DNA from: Deltaproteobacteria bacterium
Lineage (GTDB): Bacteria; Myxococcota; B64-G9
Assembly (NCBI GenBank): GCA_030622135.1
Contig: JAUXGL010000001.1
Span: 601 to 64,600, forward strand
Reading direction: 5' to 3'
Length of the DNA stretch: 64,000 nucleotides
Shown: in pieces, positions 57,237 to 64,000 of the stretch
Position numbering within the stretch: position 1 is the stretch's first letter
Layout: the number at the start of each line of letters is the position of its first letter
Translations under genes and position numbers: made by a program
Notes under the pieces: generated by a model
The model's input: only the letters and a program-made list of their open reading frames with translations
Database searches by the model: none
Told to the model about the DNA's origin: nothing

Positions 57237-57548
57237 TTGCCGATCCCGTCCGAGTTCGACTGCATGGATGAGCCGCCCGTGGTCGAGGAGAAAACTCGGG
57301 ACAAAAGCAAAGAGGTCTGGCAACCCAGGAGCCTCCCGGACCTGCTTGAACATTTCGAAGTGTTTGAATTGTCTCACAACAAAGTTGAATCGTTACCAGC
57401 CTCCGAGGCTAACGTATCATCCCAAGAGGCAATTGGAAAATCATGTAAAAGAATTTGGCCTTTTGTGGCAACAATGATTTCAGCTGTCTTGGGTATCCTA
57501 GGAATTTTAGTTTGTTGTTTAATCAATTTGTTAAGATACCAATCATAA
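57237..57548 (+). CDS. Possible small C-terminally membrane-anchored protein spanning the GC-rich to AT-rich junction (doubtful)
   Basis: 103 aa; first ~20 codons have host-like high GC3, the rest lies in AT-rich DNA; C-terminal TM WPFVATMISAVLGILGILVCCLINLL. May be a disrupted host ORF fused to island DNA. Confidence 0.25.
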   Translation: MPIPSEFDCMDEPPVVEEKTRDKSKEVWQPRSLPDLLEHFEVFELSHNKVESLPASEANVSSQEAIGKSCKRIWPFVATMISAVLGILGILVCCLINLLRYQS

Positions 57549-57998
57549 CCTACATTTCGCAAGTCACGGAGGGTGTTCTGGGGAGAATTTCCTCGTACTA
57601 TGATAGAGGGTCCATCAGGCGTAGACTGACGGGTCCATGTCGAGGAGACGGAGGAGTTGTTTTTGTATACCAGAGAGCTCGATAGGAAACGTGGCCATCT
57701 CTTTTCCTCTTTCGAAATCATACCAGCAGACGTCGCTGAACTGAATGTCATTTCGAGGAGCGCAGCACGGTGTCGTTGACCCCTAGGTTCGGTCGAGGAT
57801 GCCGGCAGGGGCGGAGTGTGCCTGGATTCACGTCTTTTCTCGTAGTCGTGCCTGAGATTGTCGTCGCTGGGCTTGATTCATAAGGTTGAATCGTGGTCTG
57901 TTTCCAAATTGGAACTCGATGGAAGGAGTGACTCGGAGGAAAAGGTCCTTTATTACACCTATCCCTTACGCCACGATTATCTGACGAAGGGGTTGACC

Positions 57999-58649
57999 AT
58001 GAAGAAAAAGCGCAAACTAAACATTCTTGTGTCTTCGGTAGTGTATGGGTACGAAGACCTGCTGGAGAGCGTGTATTCGCTCCTGGAGACCTTCGGATAC
58101 AAAGTGCTCATGTCGCATAAGGGCACCGTGCCGATCGATCCGGACATCTCGGCAATGACCAGTTGCCTGGAAGCGGTCAAGAGGTGCGACCTATTCCTTG
58201 GCATCATTCTGCCACGATATGGATCAGGGAAAGAGCAGAAAGGCGGTCTGTCCATAACCCATCGCGAAGCACTGCACGCCATCAAAATGAACAAACCCCG
58301 CTGGTTTCTTGTCCATGAGCACGTTGCCATCGCCCGCCAGCTTCTTGATCCGTACCGCGACGAGACGAAGAAGCCAGAGTTCAAACTCAAACGTGGCACC
58401 ACTTTCAAGTCGACGTCGATCCTTTCCGATTTGCGCGTCCTTGAATTGTATGAAGCCGCCATGCGGCATAACGTGCCCGAGATCGCACACCGCAAAGGGA
58501 ACTGGGTGCAGTCCTACGGGCCGGACGACGATGCGCGTCTCTTCGCCACGGCGCAGTTCCGTCGCCACAGGGAATTGGCTGAGAAGTACCTGCCCAAGCT
58601 GGAAGACACGGGAGCGATTCGGGATCGGGTAGAGGGATGCAAATCATGA
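57999..58649 (+). CDS. DUF4062/TIR-like small protein (candidate defence effector or sensor)
   Basis: Preferred ATG 57999 (MKKKRKLNILVSSVVYGYEDLLESVYSLLETFGYKV...). Pattern hydrophobic-ISS...DL.E.R/ES...L, flavodoxin-like size, resembles DUF4062 as remembered. Overlaps the next gene by 13 nt. Confidence 0.55.
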   Translation: MKKKRKLNILVSSVVYGYEDLLESVYSLLETFGYKVLMSHKGTVPIDPDISAMTSCLEAVKRCDLFLGIILPRYGSGKEQKGGLSITHREALHAIKMNKPRWFLVHEHVAIARQLLDPYRDETKKPEFKLKRGTTFKSTSILSDLRVLELYEAAMRHNVPEIAHRKGNWVQSYGPDDDARLFATAQFRRHRELAEKYLPKLEDTGAIRDRVEGCKS

Positions 58650-60028
58650 GATCTGACGTCCTCCATGTGATCGAGAACGGGGAGTCCGAGACCGCTGAGT
58701 TCAAGAGTTCTCGCAGTTCGTTCGAGGCACTTGCACGAGCCGTCTGCGGGATGCTCAACCAGCAGGGAGGTGTACTTCTTTGGGGTGTCGATGATACCGG
58801 GCAGCTGACGGGCGTGGAAGATGCCGAGGCCCAAGCAGAGGACCTGACGCACTTTCTGATGCGTCACATGAACCCACGCCCCTTGCTTTCCGTCTCGGTG
58901 CATGAGGCCAAGGGCAAGCCGATCATCATGGTTGATGTGCCCTCGGGTTCGGACAAACCATACTCGCTGGGCCGGCAGATTTTGGTCCGCATCGGGAGCA
59001 GAACGATGCGCGCCGGTGTGGACGAAAGTGCGGCTTTGGTGGAGCAGAGCGCGATAGAGCTGGAACGCTGGGAGCGTGAACCCATGCCCGGCTTTGCGGT
59101 GGAAGACTGCGATGTTGATGAGCTTGAGAAAGCAAGATCCGAGATCGCGCAAGCAGGGCGATTCGGAATCGATGCTCCTGCGAGTGACGAAGAACTGTTG
59201 CAACGTCTCTATCTGTGGCGCAACGGACAGGTCACGAATGCCGGTGTTGTCCTTTTCGCATCTCAACCGCGCATGTGGGTGCCTAACGTCTTCGTGCGTG
59301 TTGTGTCCTACGCTGAAGGCAAGGCTGGGCCCATCGCCAACGATGTGATCGTGGATGGTCCAGCCGTCCGATCTCTGCGTGAGGTCGTGACAATCATTCA
59401 GCAACGCACCGGTTTCTCCGGTAGGTTCGTGAAGGGCAAACTGAAACGCGAAGATCGGCCTGCGTATTCCGTGTTCGCCCTGAGGGAGGGACTGGTGAAT
59501 GCCATCACTCACCGGTCTTACGAGGTCATAGGCGGCAGTGTGTGCGTGGAGATATTCCCAGATCGTCTCGTCATCCGCAATCCGGGCAGACTGCCGGACG
59601 GGTGGACAGCACAAGACCTGCGACGCGTGCACGGGTCGCATCCATTCAACCCGGACATTGCCCAAGTGTTTCTCCTGCGCGGGCTGATGGAACAGCTTGG
59701 GATGGGGACACAGAAACTGATGGCCGCGTGCAAGGAACTGGGCGCCAAACTGCCGGTTTGGCGCGTCGAACAGGGCACTGTGGCACTGACGATCTTCCAG
59801 GCACCCGAACCGGAGGCGGCAGACGTGCTGACAGGGCGTCAGGCCGAATTCGTTGGCTCGCTGATGGCTGGAGCTGAGTTCAGAGCTGCCGATTATTTGA
59901 GCGCTACCGGTATGAGTGAGCGCCAGGGGCGGCGTGACCTGGCTGAACTGGAGAAACGGGGGATCATCGAACGCCACGGCAAGGGACGGGCCACGGTGTA
60001 TAGACGGACTGACGGGGGTCGCTCATGA
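58637..60028 (+). CDS. Schlafen-like AlbA_2 + HATPase_c_4 + C-terminal wHTH protein (RecG-C-like putative regulator/ATPase)
   Basis: 463 aa; AlbA_2-like (ETAEFKSS...LARAVCGMLNQQGGVLLWGVDDTGQLTGV), GHKL-like (NAITHRSYEV...VCVEIFPDRLVIRNPGRLPDG), wHTH (DYLSATGMSERQGRRDLAELEKRGIIERHGKGRATVYRR). Same layout as 52249..53442. Confidence 0.7.
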   Translation: MQIMRSDVLHVIENGESETAEFKSSRSSFEALARAVCGMLNQQGGVLLWGVDDTGQLTGVEDAEAQAEDLTHFLMRHMNPRPLLSVSVHEAKGKPIIMVDVPSGSDKPYSLGRQILVRIGSRTMRAGVDESAALVEQSAIELERWEREPMPGFAVEDCDVDELEKARSEIAQAGRFGIDAPASDEELLQRLYLWRNGQVTNAGVVLFASQPRMWVPNVFVRVVSYAEGKAGPIANDVIVDGPAVRSLREVVTIIQQRTGFSGRFVKGKLKREDRPAYSVFALREGLVNAITHRSYEVIGGSVCVEIFPDRLVIRNPGRLPDGWTAQDLRRVHGSHPFNPDIAQVFLLRGLMEQLGMGTQKLMAACKELGAKLPVWRVEQGTVALTIFQAPEPEAADVLTGRQAEFVGSLMAGAEFRAADYLSATGMSERQGRRDLAELEKRGIIERHGKGRATVYRRTDGGRS

Positions 60029-60324
60029 TGCCAGTCCGGCCAAATCCGGCCAGAATCGGCCACCCCCTGAATGTCCACCTTAGCCGGTGTTGTAACCCAT
60101 TTCCGAGGTGTGCTGCGTGCCCCGCAATTTGTTACAGTGCACGCAGTTACGGCGACTGCGTCGCGAAACCAACAGAATTCGGCCAAATCCGGCCACATTC
60201 GGCCACGTTCGGTTTACGCACGAAGGGCAGATCGCGAACGCAACGAGAATCTGACCCGGATTACACCGATGACACGACTTGGCGCCTCCATTGACGAGGG
60301 CCGTCTGAACGGCTGGTTGGGCTA

Positions 60325-61029
60325 CTACCGGCTGGACGCTTGGCGAATAGCTTGCGGTTGAGCGGGGATGCGGGCGATGACCAGGGCCAGGGTTTCGTCT
60401 TCGGACAGGCGCCAGAAGATGTCCGGCCGGGCGCCGTCTCTGGATTTCACCACGGCTTTCTTCCAGGTGCGGGAACCGGTCGGATCTAGGGAGAGGACGT
60501 TGACGCTCTTGGTGCTCTGGTGGAATCCGGTTCTCTGGGCCTTGAGCACGGCTTCCTTGATGCACCAGATCACCGTGCCGGCTTTGTGCTTCCAGTCGTC
60601 GGGGAACTGCTCGATCAGCTCGCGCTCCTGGTCGGTGTAGAAGTCCTCGTAGAAGTTCCGCGACCGGTCCGCCACCACCTCGATGTCCGCGCCGACGGTT
60701 CCCTCCTGGTCGGGGCAAACGGCGCACAGGGCCCGTTCGCCGGAATGAGAGATGGAGAGCGAGACCGGGAGGTGGGTTCCCTCGATGGTCAGGGGTTGCG
60801 GCCAGCCGTCCGGCGCCCGTTTGATGTGGATGAGTTTTTGCGGGGGCAGGTCTAGGGCCAGGTCGCCGGCGGTTCGTTCCAGCAGGGTCTTGGCGGCGGC
60901 TCTTCCCAGCAGCCACTGGCGGTAGCGTCCCGGATGGCGGTAGCGCCGGCCTTCGTGGACCTCAAAGAGGCATAAAAACTCTTGATCGTTCAGCCCGGGC
61001 CCGGGTCTGGCCAGCAGCCAGCGGATCAT
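60325..61029 (-). CDS. 4'-phosphopantetheinyl transferase (Sfp/PfaE-type)
   Basis: 234 aa; GADIEVV and [10 protein letters not shown] PPTase motifs; 4-nt overlap with the upstream PKS gene. Confidence 0.75.
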   Translation of the reverse strand: MIRWLLARPGPGLNDQEFLCLFEVHEGRRYRHPGRYRQWLLGRAAAKTLLERTAGDLALDLPPQKLIHIKRAPDGWPQPLTIEGTHLPVSLSISHSGERALCAVCPDQEGTVGADIEVVADRSRNFYEDFYTDQERELIEQFPDDWKHKAGTVIWCIKEAVLKAQRTGFHQSTKSVNVLSLDPTGSRTWKKAVVKSRDGARPDIFWRLSEDETLALVIARIPAQPQAIRQASSR

Positions 61030-64000
61030 TGGTCTTCTTCTTCGGGTTCCAGCCCGGAGCGAACATCGTTCGGAAGCGCATTGGGCATTGGCGATGTGCG
61101 GTAGCCGTCGAGCTCCACCAGAACGAAGCCACGCTCGTCTACCACCTGGATTCCGTATTGGCCGTGATTGCCGCCGTTCTGCGGAACCACATGGGCGGTA
61201 ACCTTACCGCGATCGCCCTCGGGGACGCGATTGATCTTCATCTTGCGGACTCCGGCGGGAAGACCGAGCTTGTTGCTGGAGGAGGCCTCCATGATCCCGG
61301 CCGCCTGGAAGGCCAACTCGGTGAACATGGGGGCCGCGGAGAGGTTGCCCGGCTTGGCCAACGGGGGCAGCTCCGTTCCGGAACGCATCCAGCCGGACAT
61401 TTTACCGTTACCGTTCGCGGTCACCTTATCGAGCACCTGGAAGCTGGGGCCGTGGAAGTACGCTCGGTAGATGGCTTCCCGGCTGATACGGCGGGTGTCT
61501 CCATTTCCGGGTGGGTCCATCCGTACCTCGGGCATGTCCACGTCCAGGCGTACCTTGGCACGAAAATGGCGGGTGGTCTGCTGCTTTCCGCCATGCAGGT
61601 TGCGAGTGGTCTCCATGGTTGCCAGAAACAGCCGGCCCTTTCCGTCCCAGGTGGGCAGCATGCGCACGGTGGCCGTGCGGGGCTCGTCTCGGTAGAACTT
61701 CAAGGGTGCGTCGAAGGACAGATCCTCGATGGCCACCACGGTCAGGTCCGGGCGCATCAGGCCGGCGGCCTCGGCGAAGGTCTCGATGGCCATCACCCCG
61801 GGCAACACCGGTAGCCCGTCGATGCGATGATCGTCCAGGTAACGGTCGCGTGACGGATCGAAGCCGACCCGGAGGCGCAGCCCGTCCGCCAGGGTCCAGT
61901 CCAGCACCTCGCCGAGTAGCGGAAAGCGTTTCGGGTTGTCGGTGAGCCGGCTGCGTATGATCTGCATGTCTACGCCTTCCAGTCTCAGGCTCTCGGCCAG
62001 TAGGCCCAGGGAGCGCGCCACCACCAGCTCTCCCGAGTGTCCGCTCGAGAACACCCGGCGCACGGACGTCGCGCCCTCCCGCTGGGGGATCAGGTTGATG
62101 CCGACGGCGTCCAGTTGCTTGGGCACCGACCCCCGCGTGGCCATACCCACGCCGTCCCAGCCGCTGAATGCCAGGGTGAACACCTGCAGGTCGGGGCGAG
62201 TGCGCTTCAGGTAGGTCGTGGTCTTGGCCATCAGATCGTTGGCGGCCGAGTAGTCGGTCTGCCCGGCGTTGCCGAAGCGACCGGCGACGGACCCGAAGAG
62301 CATGATCCCCTTGACCGGTACGTTCCGGGTGGCGCGGAGCAGGGAATGGAGCCCGTACACCTTGACGCCCAGGATGAGATCGAAAGATTCCCGGGTCTTC
62401 TTGGCGATGCCCTGGCTGTGCTCCAGCCCGGCCGCGTGCAGGATCAGATCGATCCGCCCGTGGGCATCTTTGATCTTTTGCACGGCCCGGGCGGTGGCTT
62501 CCGCATCCGTCACGTCGAAGGCCAGGGAATGAGCTTCGCCGCCCTGTTTTCTCACGTTCTCCAGGTTCGAAAGCGCCGCGGCCTTCCGTTCGACCTGTCG
62601 CAGCGCCTTCTCCACCTGGACCGGCGTGACCCGTTCACCCTGTTGTTTCATACGCTCGATGAGCGTCGCTTTCAGGGCATCCCGGTTTTCGCGCAGGGCC
62701 AAAACGTCCGGGTCGTCCTGTGGGGGAGCCGGAACCAGATCGGCCAGGTAGTAAGTGCCGCCGAGATGTCCGGCCAGATCGCCGGCGATCTGACCGGTGA
62801 TGTCGCCGGCCCCGCCGGTGATCAGGACCACCGGATTCTTTTCCAGTGGGGCCTGTTCGTCGGGAACAAACTCGCTTAGCCCCACGCCCCAGCGACGGAT
62901 CCCCCGCCGGCCCACTTCCACGACTCCGCCGTCGCGCTCCGCCTCTTCGACTAATGTGGTTGCGATTGTGCTCGCATTCACGTCTTCGGGCAGATCGACC
63001 ACCTTGCAAAGCGTCCGGGGCCACTCGCGGGAAAGTGCTTTGACCAGCCCGGTGGTTGCGCCGGACGCCGGATCCAGAGACCCTCCGCCCGGACGTAGTC
63101 CCAGGTGTCCACCCATCCGGGTGGCACACACGAAGAAGCCGCCTTCCGTATTCGAAAGATGCTCGTCAAGTACCTGGGCTACCCTGAAGGGCATACGTGC
63201 CCGTCGATCGATAGCGCTCTTGAATGCCTGGGTATCCTCGGTGTCCGGCGGCACCGCATCGGAGAGCGCCGAAAGGATCCAGACCCCTTTCGGCGGCCCG
63301 GCCTGGCATGCTTGCCTGATTCTCTCGGCCACGGCGTCCGGATCGCCGGAGTCATCAATCCGCAGCGGATCCCCGCCCCGCACCCGCAGCGCTTCTTCGA
63401 TCGCCGCGGCCGCACCGTTAAAATCACCGATGATGAACGACCGGCCGGCGGGATTCACTCCGGTGGGCAAACACTCCCGGGCCCGCGGCCTCCCCACCAA
63501 CACCGGTGCCAGATACCGCATCGATTCCGACTCCGTCGCCACACTGTCCAGCGGTTCGATCGTCGGCGCGCCTTCTTCCGGCTCTTTTGGGTCTTCTTTT
63601 GCGGGTGTCGTTCCCATCTTGTCTTGTGCAAACTGGATGACATGATTGAGCGTAGGATATTCCGACAGTTTCAGGTCGTCCTGCTTGGGGATGTTGAAGG
63701 CCGCTCGCACCTCCGAGAACATCTCGGCCTGCTTGACCGTGTCGATGCCCAGATCCGCTTCCAGATCCAGATCGAGGTCGAGCATATCCGTAGGATAACC
63801 GGTCTTATCGGAGACAATGGCCAGGACCTTGTCCTTGATCGCTCCTATATCTGCTTTGGGGCGATCGGCTTCAACCCGGTCGCTTTGTTGTTTGCTTTGT
63901 TGTTTGCCGTCCTGTTTTTTAGGGCCTTCCTCGCCGGCTTGAGGGTGAACCTGAACGTTGACGGTCTCTTTCTCAGGCTCTTTTGCGGGCGCGTCCGGCG
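61026..64000 (-). CDS. PfaA-like PKS/PUFA-synthase C-terminal part: ACP - ketoreductase - PKS-type dehydratase (N-terminus beyond window)
   Basis: Reading frame is open to the window end. ACP motif [14 protein letters not shown]; KR ([16 protein letters not shown]); DH ([11 protein letters not shown] HxxxGxxxxP, HGPSFQ). Confidence 0.75.
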   Translation of the reverse strand, partial: PDAPAKEPEKETVNVQVHPQAGEEGPKKQDGKQQSKQQSDRVEADRPKADIGAIKDKVLAIVSDKTGYPTDMLDLDLDLEADLGIDTVKQAEMFSEVRAAFNIPKQDDLKLSEYPTLNHVIQFAQDKMGTTPAKEDPKEPEEGAPTIEPLDSVATESESMRYLAPVLVGRPRARECLPTGVNPAGRSFIIGDFNGAAAAIEEALRVRGGDPLRIDDSGDPDAVAERIRQACQAGPPKGVWILSALSDAVPPDTEDTQAFKSAIDRRARMPFRVAQVLDEHLSNTEGGFFVCATRMGGHLGLRPGGGSLDPASGATTGLVKALSREWPRTLCKVVDLPEDVNASTIATTLVEEAERDGGVVEVGRRGIRRWGVGLSEFVPDEQAPLEKNPVVLITGGAGDITGQIAGDLAGHLGGTYYLADLVPAPPQDDPDVLALRENRDALKATLIERMKQQGERVTPVQVEKALRQVERKAAALSNLENVRKQGGEAHSLAFDVTDAEATARAVQKIKDAHGRIDLILHAAGLEHSQGIAKKTRESFDLILGVKVYGLHSLLRATRNVPVKGIMLFGSVAGRFGNAGQTDYSAANDLMAKTTTYLKRTRPDLQVFTLAFSGWDGVGMATRGSVPKQLDAVGINLIPQREGATSVRRVFSSGHSGELVVARSLGLLAESLRLEGVDMQIIRSRLTDNPKRFPLLGEVLDWTLADGLRLRVGFDPSRDRYLDDHRIDGLPVLPGVMAIETFAEAAGLMRPDLTVVAIEDLSFDAPLKFYRDEPRTATVRMLPTWDGKGRLFLATMETTRNLHGGKQQTTRHFRAKVRLDVDMPEVRMDPPGNGDTRRISREAIYRAYFHGPSFQVLDKVTANGNGKMSGWMRSGTELPPLAKPGNLSAAPMFTELAFQAAGIMEASSSNKLGLPAGVRKMKINRVPEGDRGKVTAHVVPQNGGNHGQYGIQVVDERGFVLVELDGYRTSPMPNALPNDVRSGLEPEEEDQ

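Noticed and set aside
57374-57751. 125-aa minus-strand ORF in the AT-rich island
   Set aside because: No RBS, Ser-rich low-complexity translation; overlaps the alternative plus-strand small ORF; neither is convincing.
60060-60300. Possible tRNA or tmRNA fragment at the island boundary (common integration target)
   Set aside because: No T-arm GTTCRANYC motif or acceptor-stem complementarity could be found by eye.
61029-62879. Plus-strand ORFs antisense to the PfaA-like gene (61029..61814, 62037..62879)
   Set aside because: Antisense shadow ORFs; the minus-strand frame carries clear ACP/KR/DH motifs.

Overview
High-GC (roughly 60-65%) bacterial chromosomal segment carrying about 55 protein-coding genes. 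No rRNA, tRNA or CRISPR array was detected. Several features point to an anaerobic deltaproteobacterial or Myxococcota-like organism: secreted proteins ending in GGCGC + hydrophobic segment + Arg (MYXO-CTERM-like tags), Cys-rich CxxCxNxC repeat proteins, FHA proteins and a PilZ-Hsp70 fusion, together with a tungsten-type aldehyde:ferredoxin oxidoreductase and a 2-hydroxyacyl-CoA-dehydratase-type enzyme with its activase. Gene content from left to right: three surface lipoproteins (two are tandem giant Big-domain paralogs with Ca-binding repeats); TolQ/TolR/TonB-like; FHA protein; rhomboid protease; an IclR-ferredoxin-MetV-like operon lying divergent to a Zn-ribbon/AOR/ferredoxin/MoaD-like operon; a low-GC islet with a second FHA gene; a secreted metallophosphoesterase; a DUF4143 ATPase; a 7-gene beta-oxidation-like operon (thiolase, SDR, SCPx-thiolase + DUF35, crotonase, PanE-like reductase, Zn-ADH); a VWA lipoprotein; a HCDH/ECH bifunctional enzyme; a TerB-like protein; a large PPC/Cys-rich secreted protein; an HgdB-like dehydratase subunit + activase + ADP-forming acyl-CoA synthetase + AMP-ligase; a Cys-rich lipoprotein; an orphan CheB; tandem deoxynucleoside kinases; the PilZ-DnaK fusion; ornithine aminotransferase; an M2-type peptidase; S1-domain protein; two cyclophilins; and a PPTase next to the ACP-KR-DH tail of a PfaA-like PKS/PUFA synthase. 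The most unusual content is two small accessory modules that each carry a Schlafen-like AlbA_2 + HATPase_c_4 (RecG-C-like) protein. One is paired with a ParA-like ATPase and flanked by 67-bp imperfect direct repeats that duplicate the 3' end of an M50 site-2 protease gene. The other is paired with a DUF4062/TIR-like small protein inside an AT-rich island. Both look like candidate defence/mobile modules that I cannot assign to a named system.
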